Below, piece by piece: positions 29,982-40,103 of a DNA stretch of 64,000 bases (position 1 is the stretch's first letter; each line of letters opens with the position of its first letter). Origin of the DNA: Gammaproteobacteria bacterium (GTDB lineage Bacteria; Pseudomonadota; Gammaproteobacteria; Ga0077536); NCBI GenBank assembly GCA_963662545.2, contig CAXXLL010000002.1:896001-960000 (forward strand). Direction: 5' to 3'. Made by a program: the position numbers and the translations under genes. The notes under the pieces were generated by a model. That model made no database searches. It worked only from the letters and a program-made list of their open reading frames with translations, and was not told the DNA's origin.

Positions 29982-30042
29982 GGCGTTCTCCCGTGACCAA
30001 TTTGGTTTCGTCACCGTTATTGATCACCGAACGTCATGCATG
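29975..30042. promoter_or_regulatory. Hairpin covering transposase RBS/start (RNA-OUT-like)
   Basis: CATGCATGGCGTTC (29975-29988) pairs with GAACGTCATGCATG (30029-30042); inner GTGACCAAT/ATTGATCAC. Confidence 0.6.
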
Positions 30043-30204
30043 TTCCCTATTGTTCGTTATTTATTTTCCTAAGTGGCTATTTCCCATTCGTTTTTTTGTT
30101 GTATTCATGGGGAGCCTTCAGGGACAGATTTATTTAAATAGAAATCTGTAATAAATTTCGAACCAACAACCCGGCCAATAAAATTTGTCGCCTTTGACGG
30201 CGGA

Positions 30205-32910
30205 CTAAATCCGGTCAGCTAAAAGACCATCCTGATTGCTGCTGATATGGTGGGCGATTCGCGGGTACCTTTCGTGGATGCGCTCAAGACAGTCGGCGGA
30301 TAGCCACAAAACCCGTGTGTTCGAGCGCGCATCGATCGCCGGTCCGTGCAGACCCTTCGAATGCGGCATGGCGCCGATTAGTGCACCTCGATGGAGGGGG
30401 TCATGTTCATCGCCGGAAGCGCCGTTCACGGTTGCCTGGGCGAGTTCCACGTTGAGGACGAGCCCGATTTCCGGTTCCGGATCTTCGTGGCGCCAGACGG
30501 CTGCGCCTTCGTCGTATTTTTGGAGCCGTCCCATCAAGGCCACGATATGCGTCTCGCGGCGGCTCAGACCAGACAACAGTGGAAGAGTCCGGTGCGGTGC
30601 GGTACCGAGATCGACCGAAAGTATTTCCCATAGTGTAAAAAAATACAGGCGTCCGCAGAGCGCGGGCGTGAAAGTGAGGTCTAGTATCCATGCGACGAAG
30701 AGCGTCGCCGCGGCGAGCAGGCCGAATTCGACCTGGCTCTGCAGTTCTCCCGCGGTCACGGCAAGGAATCCGACGCATAGCGACGCGGTAGTCAGGGTGA
30801 CCGGTCGAATGACCGCCGCGAGTGCATTTTCGACAGCGCGGCTCGTGCTCATCGCCCGCCGCGCTTCGCGGCTGTAGCGCGATAGCAGGTGAATGCTGTC
30901 GTCGACCGCAATGCCGAGGACCGCCGAGGCGACCAGGCTGGTGGTGATGTTGAGCGTAATGGGGCTAAGACCCAAAATGCCGAAGTAGACGAGGATAGGG
31001 AGCGCGTTCGGCACGAGTGCCAGGGCGCCGATGCGAAAGGATCCGAAGAACACGACCAGCACGAGATAAATCACACCCAGGGCTGCGGCCAGGCTTCTTA
31101 TCTGACCGCGGGTGATATCGTCAATGGTCTTTGCAATCAGAAAGGAAGTTCCGGTGACCTGTCCTTGAAGTTCTTCGGGTAGCGCGGTCAGGCGGGTATT
31201 GATGCGATCGACTAAAGCCACGAGATCCCTGGTGGCTACGGTATTGGCGCTGACGTGCAGCAGCGTGCTCGAAAATTTCGCGTCGCTGAATCGCCTGATT
31301 TCATCGCTTCCACCGAGGAGGAGGAGATGGTTGGTCAGTCTCGCGGTCGCGGGAATCGGATCGATTGCCGCGACTTCAGGGGCGAGTGCTTGGTGAAGGT
31401 TCTCGATGTAGTCTACGAGCGAAACTACGGCGCCAATTTCTACCTGGGCTTCTAACCAGGTCTGCAACGCTGCGATCACCCGCAGATGCGCGGGGTCCTT
31501 AAAGGCATCGGTTGAACTTGACTCGACGAGAATGCGAAGCGGAACTCCGCCGGAGAAGGTGTTGCCGATTTCCTCGAAGTTACGCTGAATCTCGCTGTCT
31601 TCACTAAAATTGCGCAGGACTTCTGTGCTGACTTCTATTCGCGAAGCCGCTGCGAGCGACGCGATTGCCAACACAGTCGCCCCGATCAGAAGCAGTCGAC
31701 GGAATCGACTATCGAAGCGCGCGAGCCGAGGCGCAACGGCGGTTAAACGATCGGTGGATGCATCATGTCGCCGACCGGCCGGTAACAACACCATCGCGGC
31801 GGGCGCCACCGTCAGCGAGCTCATCCAAGCCAGAAGCACGCCGAGCGCCGCGTACAAGCCGAACACTTTAATCGAGTCGATGTCGCTCAGTGCCAGTGAC
31901 GCAAATCCCGCAGCGGTCGTGAACGCGGTCAATGTGAGTGGCATGAACACATCCGCAAGCGCCGCACGTACCGCCTGTTTTCGATCCGCGCTGTCCGTGA
32001 AATTCCGTTCAAAATCACTGACGACATGGATCGCGTAGGCGAAGCCGACGACATACACAACGGGCGGCAAGATGATCGTCACGAAATTCAAGGCGTGGCC
32101 GGTTGCAACGAAACAGACGAGGGTGCCGATCAGTGCGACGGTATTTGCTATCAGTGGTATGAGGACGCCGCGCAGGCTCCTGAAACCCAGGGCCGCAACG
32201 ATGAGGGTCCCAAGTACCGCGAGCGGCATGATTCGGTACAAATCGCGTAACAAAACGCGACTGATTTCGAGCCTCACGAATAGCGGACCCGAAACAAACT
32301 GCCGGATCCCCCGGGCTTCGTCACGCGACGCTTCCGAAATACGGTCTACGAGCTCAATGAGTGTCCGCGTATCGAGCGCTGGCTCAAATTGAATCGCGAG
32401 CAGTGCGCCGCGACCGTCCGCCGACACCAGGTGTCCGGAAAATAGTGGATTGGCGAGCGCTTCTTCCCGAAGGCGGTCCGCTGCCGCTTGATCGGCAGGA
32501 AGGTTTTGTAGAAACGGATCGATCTTCGTCACCGCTTCGTGAGCGCGAATATTGAGAGCCGTGGCCAGGCTTTCCACTTTGATGACACCCGGCAGGCGTT
32601 GGATCCGCCGCGTTAAGCGCTTCAGGCCAGCGAGCCGTTCGGGCGAGAAAAGATCGTCAGTGGTCCAGGCGACGAATAGCAAGTCGTCGGTAGCAAACCG
32701 TTGGCGCGTTTGCTGGAGGACTTTCAACGCATCCCCGCTTCGCGGCAACAGTGCTTCCATCGACGGGTCGATATCGAGCTTCGGCTCGAATTTCTCGAAA
32801 TCGATCAATTGCTCGAGCGCCGGCAGGGTCAGCAACGCGACGCACAAAAGGATCAGCCGCGGATGATCGACGATTACATCGGATAAGCGCGCCAGCGCAC
32901 TAATGCCCAT
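30205..32910 (-). CDS. MMPL/RND transporter with degenerate C-terminal cNMP-binding-like domain
   Basis: Two TM bundles, 'GIAVDDSIH'; soluble tail 'LPLLSGLSRRE...RIHERYPRIAH'. Confidence 0.85.
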   Translation of the reverse strand: MGISALARLSDVIVDHPRLILLCVALLTLPALEQLIDFEKFEPKLDIDPSMEALLPRSGDALKVLQQTRQRFATDDLLFVAWTTDDLFSPERLAGLKRLTRRIQRLPGVIKVESLATALNIRAHEAVTKIDPFLQNLPADQAAADRLREEALANPLFSGHLVSADGRGALLAIQFEPALDTRTLIELVDRISEASRDEARGIRQFVSGPLFVRLEISRVLLRDLYRIMPLAVLGTLIVAALGFRSLRGVLIPLIANTVALIGTLVCFVATGHALNFVTIILPPVVYVVGFAYAIHVVSDFERNFTDSADRKQAVRAALADVFMPLTLTAFTTAAGFASLALSDIDSIKVFGLYAALGVLLAWMSSLTVAPAAMVLLPAGRRHDASTDRLTAVAPRLARFDSRFRRLLLIGATVLAIASLAAASRIEVSTEVLRNFSEDSEIQRNFEEIGNTFSGGVPLRILVESSSTDAFKDPAHLRVIAALQTWLEAQVEIGAVVSLVDYIENLHQALAPEVAAIDPIPATARLTNHLLLLGGSDEIRRFSDAKFSSTLLHVSANTVATRDLVALVDRINTRLTALPEELQGQVTGTSFLIAKTIDDITRGQIRSLAAALGVIYLVLVVFFGSFRIGALALVPNALPILVYFGILGLSPITLNITTSLVASAVLGIAVDDSIHLLSRYSREARRAMSTSRAVENALAAVIRPVTLTTASLCVGFLAVTAGELQSQVEFGLLAAATLFVAWILDLTFTPALCGRLYFFTLWEILSVDLGTAPHRTLPLLSGLSRRETHIVALMGRLQKYDEGAAVWRHEDPEPEIGLVLNVELAQATVNGASGDEHDPLHRGALIGAMPHSKGLHGPAIDARSNTRVLWLSADCLERIHERYPRIAHHISSNQDGLLADRI

Positions 32911-32954
32911 CCCAGAATTTTCCCCGTGCGCCGACAGCCGACTCTAGCAGCCTG

Positions 32955-33785
32955 TCAGTGGGCCTTCTTGACCTCGGCGAATGTGAAAAGACTGTCCCGC
33001 AACTCGGTATCGATTTCGACGTCGATCACGTCGAAAATGGTGTGACTATTCTTTTTGAGATTGTACATGACGGTTCGGAACGGTACGGGACGTCCGTTGA
33101 TCTCCCGAACACTGTCGCGCACGGTCACGAGCGTCTTATCGAGCGCACCGTTATGGCCGAAAAATTCCGTTTTGATCGGAATGCACAAGGCCTGGTCGAT
33201 ATAGGTCCGGATGCGGGAATAAGCGGAAGTATTCTCGTCGGGATGCGTCTCGATCACGTGAGCGCCATACCCATCAAGATCCGCATCTTCGAGCTGCGTG
33301 ACCGACGTATCGTCCATAAATCCTTGCAGGTGGACCGCGTCTTCATAGGTAAAGTCGGTTCCGAGTATTGAATTTGACATCGCGTTACCCGCCACCCGCC
33401 GCGGCCGCCCGAGATCGGGCGTGTACACATATAAAATCGGATCGGCATCCTTGGGCTTGATGATCAGCGCCGATAGCCCCGCTTCATTCGCAGGCAGTTC
33501 GACGCGGAAGAGTACCTTCATATGCCCGTCGTCAAAATGCTTCCAGTACACAGTCCTGGTCGATTCCCGAGACCAGCCCGTCTCATCTACGACCGTCACG
33601 AATTGTTTCTGCTTTATCGTTTGCTTGGGTAATGCGCGGTCCGCGCAGGCCTTCAATTCGGAACCCTCGTCGACGGGCGTATCAGCGACCGTGGTGGAAG
33701 ATAGGAAAAGCGAGGCGAAGCCGATGGACGCCGCCACGCCAACCATCCGTATCAGACGACGCCCAAACGGCGATTTCACATACAT
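32955..33785 (-). CDS. Outer membrane lipoprotein-sorting (LolA-like) protein
   Basis: Signal peptide; 'YVYTPDLGRPRRV', 'ILGTDFTYED', 'SAYSRIRTYID'. Confidence 0.8.
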   Translation of the reverse strand: MYVKSPFGRRLIRMVGVAASIGFASLFLSSTTVADTPVDEGSELKACADRALPKQTIKQKQFVTVVDETGWSRESTRTVYWKHFDDGHMKVLFRVELPANEAGLSALIIKPKDADPILYVYTPDLGRPRRVAGNAMSNSILGTDFTYEDAVHLQGFMDDTSVTQLEDADLDGYGAHVIETHPDENTSAYSRIRTYIDQALCIPIKTEFFGHNGALDKTLVTVRDSVREINGRPVPFRTVMYNLKKNSHTIFDVIDVEIDTELRDSLFTFAEVKKAH

Positions 33786-34037
33786 GGGTTGAGGGGAAGC
33801 TCGTTTCTGGGTTTTTCAGGTACGCAGTGTGGCTAAAGGTAAGGCGTGCCGGCGGTGCCGAGTTTATCCCTTGGGCGGCCAAATGGGTATGTCCGCCTCG
33901 TTGGCCAAGTAGTTCACGCACCGGCTTCGTCTAGCGATCGGTGCGCCCGCCCCGGAACGGCGTAAACGCTGATAATTTTGAGATAGGATCTAGATAGAAT
34001 GGCCGCTCGAATCGAAAACGCGCTGAGGAGGAAGACG

Positions 34038-34403
34038 ATGGCCATCGAACGTATGCAAAGCGGTTCTCGGATGAGTCAGATAGTCGTCAATGCGGGTACC
34101 GTTTACCTGGCGGGCCAGGTCGCCATGGACGCGCCCGGCGGATCGGCTACCGACCAGACGAAGAACATTCTCGATCGGATCGATGCCCTGCTCGCCGAAG
34201 CGAGCTCCGATAAATCGAAAATTCTGTCCGCGACGATCTGGCTATCGAACATCAAACTGTACGACGAGATGAATACGATTTGGGACGCGTGGATTGACCC
34301 GGACAATCCCCCCGCACGCGCTTGCGTGGAAGCAATCCTGGCGTTTCCCGAGTACGACGTGGAGATCATGGTCGTTGCCGCCCAAAATAGAGAAAAACCG
34401 TGA
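34038..34403 (+). CDS. RidA/YjgF family protein (YoaB-like)
   Basis: '[16 protein letters not shown]', 'MNTIWDAWI...PARACVEA', 'VEIMVVAA'; RBS GAGGAG. Confidence 0.9.
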   Translation: MAIERMQSGSRMSQIVVNAGTVYLAGQVAMDAPGGSATDQTKNILDRIDALLAEASSDKSKILSATIWLSNIKLYDEMNTIWDAWIDPDNPPARACVEAILAFPEYDVEIMVVAAQNREKP

Positions 34404-34981
34404 GTCGAATCGTGGAGGAAGTCCTCGCAGCCAATGAACGATACGCGGTGAACTTCGGTGACAAGGGCGCGCTTGCGATTCCGCCTTCGCGACGCTTTGC
34501 CATTCTCACCTGCATGGACGCGCGGCTCGATCCCGCGCAATTCGCGGGTTTGAACGAGGGTGATGCCCATGTCATCCGCAACGCGGGCGGCCGCGCGAGC
34601 GACGATGCGATCCGATCACTAATCATCTCCTACAAGCTGCTTGGCACGAGAGAATGGTTCGTGATTCACCATACCGATTGCGGCATGGAAACATTTACCG
34701 ATGCGATCATGCGAGACCTGCTCGCAAGCAGCTTGGAGACTGCGTCCGTAGATGCATCCGGATGGCGGGATACGGGCGACGGGCCGGGCTCGGCAGAGGG
34801 CGACTACATCGATTGGTTGACGATTTCGGACAATGCGCAGAGCGTGGTCGAAGACGTAGAGCGCATCAGAAACCATCCCCTGGTTCCGGCCGGGATTCCG
34901 GTTTACGGCTACATCTACGACGTGAAGGTCGGCACACTCATCGAAGTCCCGGAAGCGATGGCGGTGGGTAAGACGACCTAA
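34400..34981 (+). CDS. Beta-class carbonic anhydrase (clade D-like)
   Basis: 'LTCMDARLD', 'IRNAGGR', 'HHTDCG'; overlaps RidA stop (GTGA). Confidence 0.9.
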   Translation: MSRIVEEVLAANERYAVNFGDKGALAIPPSRRFAILTCMDARLDPAQFAGLNEGDAHVIRNAGGRASDDAIRSLIISYKLLGTREWFVIHHTDCGMETFTDAIMRDLLASSLETASVDASGWRDTGDGPGSAEGDYIDWLTISDNAQSVVEDVERIRNHPLVPAGIPVYGYIYDVKVGTLIEVPEAMAVGKTT

Positions 34982-35028
34982 AGCGCGCCGAGCCGCACCG
35001 ATGTGGTCAGCCCCTGCGAGTGCGGGGC

Positions 35029-36006
35029 TCAGGCGAACGCCGGCATGACTTCCCCGGCCAGCAGTTCGTAAGACTCCTGCGACGAAGGCAAACCGATATA
35101 GTAGGTCACGCCCGTGCCCTTGATCCGCGTTTCAAGTTCGCGTTTGACCTCGTCGGGCGTGCCGATCAGGGCGACCGGCGAGCGCTGGGCGGTCTCGTAA
35201 TCGGGGAAGCCGAGCTTCGATGCCATCTCCCGCAGTCCGGCGTCCGCCGGATCCTTCGACAGCCCGAACAGGACCAAACCGCCCAGTTCGATGTCCTGGG
35301 GATCGCGGTCGAGGTCGGACATGAAGCCGTGCAGCATCGCGATCCGCCGTTTCATCGTGGCCATGTCGAAAGCGACCGTAGCGGCCGGGTCGTTGACGAA
35401 ATCGCGGCCATTGGACGTAGGTGGAATGATGTTGAGAATATCGGCGTGTCGCGCGGCGATTTTGAGCAGGCCCTTGCCCGATCCGCCGAGCATGAAGGGC
35501 GGATGCGGTTTCTGCACCGGCCTGGGGTTGTTGTAGGCCTTCTCCACCGAGTAGTGCTTGCCCTTGAAGGACGGGACATCCTGTGTCCACATGGCTTTCA
35601 GTATGCCGATGCAGTCTTCGAGTTGCTCTAGACGTTTCCGCAGGGACGGAAATTCGTACCCGTGCATTTCGTATTCGATGCCTTGCCAGCCTGCCCCCAA
35701 CCCGCAGATGAAACGCCCGTTACTGGCGAGATCCAAGGTCGAGGTGATCTTCGCCAGCAGGGGCGGCGTACGGAAATTGGCGACCCCTACGGCGGGCGCG
35801 AGTCGAATGGTGTCAGTGACCGCGGCAATGGCCGTCAACGTGGTAAAGCATTCCAGTTGTGGAGATTGTGGCGTTCCGAGCGGCGAATAGAAGTGATCAT
35901 TATGAGAAACGGAATAAAAGCCGTCGCTTTCCGCGCGGCGTGCCGTTTCTTGCGCCGCGGTGACGTCGGGCGGGAGCATGAATAGGCCAAACTTGATATC
36001 ACGCAT
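35029..36006 (-). CDS. LLM class flavin/F420-dependent oxidoreductase
   Basis: 'NDHF', 'FRTPPLLAK...LDLASNGRFICGLGAGW', 'PRPVQKPHPPFMLGGSG'. Confidence 0.88.
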   Translation of the reverse strand: MRDIKFGLFMLPPDVTAAQETARRAESDGFYSVSHNDHFYSPLGTPQSPQLECFTTLTAIAAVTDTIRLAPAVGVANFRTPPLLAKITSTLDLASNGRFICGLGAGWQGIEYEMHGYEFPSLRKRLEQLEDCIGILKAMWTQDVPSFKGKHYSVEKAYNNPRPVQKPHPPFMLGGSGKGLLKIAARHADILNIIPPTSNGRDFVNDPAATVAFDMATMKRRIAMLHGFMSDLDRDPQDIELGGLVLFGLSKDPADAGLREMASKLGFPDYETAQRSPVALIGTPDEVKRELETRIKGTGVTYYIGLPSSQESYELLAGEVMPAFA

Positions 36007-36279
36007 GATTGATTCTTATCCTTTTCGTTCTGATCCTTGGATACCAGGCGCATTTAATCATCCTCCACACGGCCATGGATAGGCCTCACGCGACAGCGCG
36101 CCCTCGGGTGAGGCGCGCAAGATCAACGCGGCGAAATGGAGGTTTGATGAAAACTGTATTCGTCGAAAATATCATCAAGCCGTTGAATCAACGTGTCGCA
36201 CAAATTGTTAGACTGAACCCTGACTAAGATAATTATCCCTTAAGAGGCTGTTAACTCATTCAAGCGGAGGCCCCCTGCC

Positions 36280-36900
36280 ATGACTGTTCCGAAATGGCAC
36301 ATCGAAATGGATTACATCGAATCGTGCAATTGCGACTACGCCTGCCCCTGCAATTTCATCGGCTACCCTACGGACGGCAAGTGCCAGACCATGGCCGCCT
36401 ACCATATTCGTAAAGGGACATATGGCGAGACGCCGTTGGACAATATCAATCTAGTGATGGCGGCTTCATGGCCCGGCGCCATTCACCAGGGCAACGGTAC
36501 CGTGCGTCTGCACGTCGGTGACTCGACCAGCGAGCCGCAGCGCGAGGCGATCGTGATGATTTGGTCTGGCCAGGCCAAGGGCAACGGCCCCTTCGAGCTT
36601 TTCTCCAGCACCTTTTCGACGGTGGAGACGCCGTTATTCACGACCGTCGAGATCCACGTCGACGGCCGCAACAGCTGGTTTCGCGTGCCGGGCATGATCG
36701 ACGTGCAGCTCGAACCATTCACGAATCCCGTGTCGGGCGATGTGCAGGATATCCAGGTCCACATGCCAGAGGGCTTCATCTTCAAGAAGGCGCTCGCGGC
36801 GAAGACGCGCGTGATGAAACTGCTCGGCATGGGGCCTCTGAGCTACGACCATACCGGGCAGAATGCGTTTTTTGCCGAAGTGGCGTACGCGGGACCGTAA
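36280..36900 (+). CDS. DUF1326 family Cys-rich protein
   Basis: 'YIESCNCDYACPC...CQ', 'WPGAIHQGNG'; RBS GGAGG. Confidence 0.85.
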   Translation: MTVPKWHIEMDYIESCNCDYACPCNFIGYPTDGKCQTMAAYHIRKGTYGETPLDNINLVMAASWPGAIHQGNGTVRLHVGDSTSEPQREAIVMIWSGQAKGNGPFELFSSTFSTVETPLFTTVEIHVDGRNSWFRVPGMIDVQLEPFTNPVSGDVQDIQVHMPEGFIFKKALAAKTRVMKLLGMGPLSYDHTGQNAFFAEVAYAGP

Positions 36901-36930
36901 GCTGATGAATTCGCCGGGCATTGGATCCAA

Positions 36931-37908
36931 TCACCGCAAACGAGGGTGGGAAAAATGTAATCGCGCATCGCAAGCTCGCGACGTGATCGATTCGTACAGG
37001 CGCAGGTTTCCGAGGGTTTGCCATCGCGCGGACTTTTTCTCGCCGTCGCCAAAGTCCGCAAGGTCGATGCGATAGATCAGTTCAGCGCCCGGATAGCGCT
37101 CCACTCGGAGTTCCTCCCGGAAGTCGTCAAAGTCTACGCGTGGTGTCTCCGGTTCGATGATCAAGCGCATCCAGTACGGCGAGACTACCGCCGCGCCCGG
37201 GTCAATTCCGGCTTCGGCTGCATGGGTGATCGGTCGGAAGGTCAGATTTGCACCGCCGGACCCCGCTTCCTCGTCTGCGACTTTGAGATCGCGGCGCAAG
37301 CGCAATGCTGCACGGATCGTCCCAAATGCAGGAAGGCGGCCGAGCTCAGGATCGTTATCGAGCACAGCATCGATGATATGGGATCGTTTTGCGCCACCAA
37401 AAGCCTCCATCACGAATAGATTGACGGAGTGCGCGGGCGATTCGAAATCGCTAACAGGGAACATTTTGATGGCCAGGCCAAACGTGCGGCGGTGCCGGGC
37501 CGTGGTCTCCCCGAACAGAACCGAGCCCCGCACGATCGCTTTCTCATGCGTTCCCGCGGCGAACGTTCCCGTGTATGGGGAAGCTTGCTCGATGGTCCAG
37601 TCGCCAGAAAAGCAGATGCCGTTGGCCTGCAAGAGTTTTCGGCCCCGCGGATAATCATGAAGATCGGCCTCCTCTGACAGGATGCGACGCGCCGCGGCGC
37701 GGAGCGCGTTGTCAGGGCGCTCGCCGGAGGGGCCGAACGATTCGAGGTCAACCGGAAAGGTCGGCAATTGAGCGTAGGGCTGCCGGAATACGAACTCGCG
37801 CAGATCCGTGAACCGGGATCGGGTCTCGGCGTTCGCGTCGAAATGCCACGACCAGGCAAGCAAAAGCAGGGCCGAAATCTTAACAGCAGGTAAATACGGA
37901 CTGGTCAA
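36931..37908 (-). CDS. Secreted hypothetical protein, weakly catalase-like
   Basis: Signal-like N-terminus; 'KLLQANGICFSGDW', 'AIVRGS', 'FGLAIKMF' resemble catalase-related beta-barrels; start uncertain. Confidence 0.5.
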   Translation of the reverse strand: MTSPYLPAVKISALLLLAWSWHFDANAETRSRFTDLREFVFRQPYAQLPTFPVDLESFGPSGERPDNALRAAARRILSEEADLHDYPRGRKLLQANGICFSGDWTIEQASPYTGTFAAGTHEKAIVRGSVLFGETTARHRRTFGLAIKMFPVSDFESPAHSVNLFVMEAFGGAKRSHIIDAVLDNDPELGRLPAFGTIRAALRLRRDLKVADEEAGSGGANLTFRPITHAAEAGIDPGAAVVSPYWMRLIIEPETPRVDFDDFREELRVERYPGAELIYRIDLADFGDGEKKSARWQTLGNLRLYESITSRACDARLHFSHPRLR

Positions 37909-38008
37909 AGTAATACATGAAACTGCGCCGTGTCGATTGAGAAGACCGTCGCTACATCGAAGGGTTCCATCGGCGAACTTTTGGGCCGTCAGAGTCTCTA
38001 ATTGCATC

Positions 38009-39265
38009 GTGAACGACAAAAAGACTGCGATAAAAATAACTCGGGAGAGAATGGGAGGGGTGTATTCCCCCAACCAGGTCCTGGGTCGTACCCTTGCGAT
38101 CGGCTGCACTGCGGTCGAGATTACCCAGCGCTGTAATCTCGATTGCACGCTCTGCTACCTGTCGGAACACTCCGAAGAAGTCCGCGATATTCCACTGGAA
38201 GAAGTGTTCCGTCGCCTCGATCAAGTGCGCGCGCAATTCGGCCCCGACACCAGCGTTCAGATCACCGGCGGCGATCCGACCCTGCGCAAGCACGACGAGC
38301 TGATCACGATCGTGCGCCATGCCAGGAATATAGGACTTTTCCCGGCACTTTTTACGAACGGTATCGCGGCTTCGCGCAAGCTGCTGACCCGGCTTGCGCG
38401 CGCCGGCTTGTGTGATGTCGCCTTTCATGTCGACACCACCCAGAGGCGTGGCGGCTTCAACAGCGAAGCCGATCTCAACACGGTGAGGCAGGCGTATCTG
38501 GAGCGGTCGGCCGGACTCGGCATCAAAGTCATTTTCAACACCACGATCCATGACGGAAATCTGCACGAAATCCCGGCGCTCGTACAATTCTTTACCCGTC
38601 ACGCGGACCAGATAGAACTGGTATCGCTGCAGGTACAGGCGTCGACCGGACGCGGTGAGTGGGATACGCGGTCCACATCCGTGTCACTCGACTCGGTGCG
38701 GCGGCAGATTGAAAAGGGCGCCCGCCGCCCGCTGCCCTGGGACATTATCCGCGTCGGTCATCCCGGCTGCCATAGCTACGTCCCCACCTTCGTGATCAAC
38801 GAAAAGATTCATCCGATCATCGAAGATGTCGAATTGTTTTCGCGCTTCCTCGACGACTTCGACGGCGCACATTACGATCGCCGCGAAAGCAAGGCGCGCC
38901 TGCTGGCCGGTTATCTGATTGCATTCGCGAAGCGGCCGCGCTGGATCTTAAAAGCGGCACGCTTCGCCGGCAAGGCTGCATGGCGCGCCCGCCGCGACCT
39001 CTTTGCGGCCCGTCTACGTGTCCAGCGCCTGTCCTTCTTCGTGCAGAATTTCATGGATGCCGCGAACCTCGATCCAGAACGCATCGAAGCCTGTTCTTTC
39101 ATGGTCATGACCGATCGGGGGCCGGTTTCGATGTGCCAGCACAATGCGAATCGCGACGACTATATCCTGCGGCCGATTACGTTTTACACGCCCGACGGCG
39201 CGCGCCGGGTTTTCCACCCAATTGCGGATACGTCCCGCGCGGAGAAGCGACGGCATGTCGTCTAA
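38009..39265 (+). CDS. Radical SAM protein (COG1964-like)
   Basis: CxxxCxxC 'CNLDCTLC', 'QITGGDPT', 'FTNG', C-terminal 'CSFMVM...SMC'; start uncertain (38009 or 38051). Confidence 0.88.
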   Translation: MNDKKTAIKITRERMGGVYSPNQVLGRTLAIGCTAVEITQRCNLDCTLCYLSEHSEEVRDIPLEEVFRRLDQVRAQFGPDTSVQITGGDPTLRKHDELITIVRHARNIGLFPALFTNGIAASRKLLTRLARAGLCDVAFHVDTTQRRGGFNSEADLNTVRQAYLERSAGLGIKVIFNTTIHDGNLHEIPALVQFFTRHADQIELVSLQVQASTGRGEWDTRSTSVSLDSVRRQIEKGARRPLPWDIIRVGHPGCHSYVPTFVINEKIHPIIEDVELFSRFLDDFDGAHYDRRESKARLLAGYLIAFAKRPRWILKAARFAGKAAWRARRDLFAARLRVQRLSFFVQNFMDAANLDPERIEACSFMVMTDRGPVSMCQHNANRDDYILRPITFYTPDGARRVFHPIADTSRAEKRRHVV

Positions 39266-40040
39266 AGTGGTGCTCACAATTCAAATTCGACCCGGAGCCT
39301 TCCTCCTCGCGTTGCTGTTGTCCGTATTCGCCGTACCCTCTTTGGCGGTGGATTACGACGCGGCTATCAAAGCCTGGGGCAGGGTACTCGACCTCTATGT
39401 CGATGAAGCAGGACGCATCGATTTTCGTGCGCTCTCAACCGATCGGGCGGACCTCGATCGCTTCGTCGGCGTGTTGGCGGAAATAGGCCCCGGCAGCCGC
39501 GCGGACCTGTTCAATTCACCTGAAAAAGTCCTGGCTTACCACATCAACGCTTACAATGCGCTCGCGATGCACGGCGTAATCGAAGCGGGGATCCCGGAAG
39601 GATTCAATCGCTTCTTCAAGCGCGTACGCTTCTTCAGATTTCGTGAAGTGAAAGTGGACGGCGCAAGGACGAATCTCTACGACTACGAAAACGACGTCAT
39701 CCGACCACTGGGTGATCCCAGGATTCACTTCGCATTGAACTGCATGGTGCGTGACTGTCCGCGTCTGCCCGTCAAACCGTTCGACGCTGCGATGCTCGAT
39801 TCGCAATTGGAAAGCGCAACCGTCGATTTCTTCAATAACCCGCGGTACCTGCGCGCGGATAATGGGAAAAAGGAAGTCTGGCTTTCGGAGATCCTCAAAT
39901 TTTATACGGAGGATTTTGTCCCAAGCGCCCGCGCGCAGGATCTGATCGGGTATGTGAATCCTTACGTCGAAGCGAAGATTCCAACCGACTACAAGGTGCG
40001 TTTCACGTCTTATGACTGGGCGATTAACCAGCAGCCCTGA
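39255..40040 (+). CDS. DUF547 domain secreted protein
   Basis: Signal peptide; 'LAYHINAYNA', 'DPRIHFALNCMVRDCPRL', 'SEILKFYTEDF', 'YDWAIN'; overlaps radical SAM stop. Confidence 0.9.
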   Translation: MSSKVVLTIQIRPGAFLLALLLSVFAVPSLAVDYDAAIKAWGRVLDLYVDEAGRIDFRALSTDRADLDRFVGVLAEIGPGSRADLFNSPEKVLAYHINAYNALAMHGVIEAGIPEGFNRFFKRVRFFRFREVKVDGARTNLYDYENDVIRPLGDPRIHFALNCMVRDCPRLPVKPFDAAMLDSQLESATVDFFNNPRYLRADNGKKEVWLSEILKFYTEDFVPSARAQDLIGYVNPYVEAKIPTDYKVRFTSYDWAINQQP

Positions 40041-40049
40041 GAAACTGAC

Positions 40050-40074
40050 AAAAAAACGGCTCCCGAAGGAGCCG
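40050..40074 (-). terminator. Intrinsic terminator
   Basis: Minus strand CGGCTCC-TTCG-GGAGCCG-TTTTTTT downstream of the ResA-like gene. Confidence 0.85.
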
Positions 40075-40103
40075 CTGAACCGGTTAAGGATTCGAAAACA
40101 ACC

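Larger units (their letters stand above)
28769..30121 (-). mobile_element. Complete IS4-family (IS10-like) insertion sequence, 1353 bp
   Basis: TIRs CTGAAGGATCCCCACGAA / TTCATGGGGAGCCTTCAG (2 mismatches); 9-bp direct repeat GGACAGATT at 28760-28768 and 30122-30130. Confidence 0.93.
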
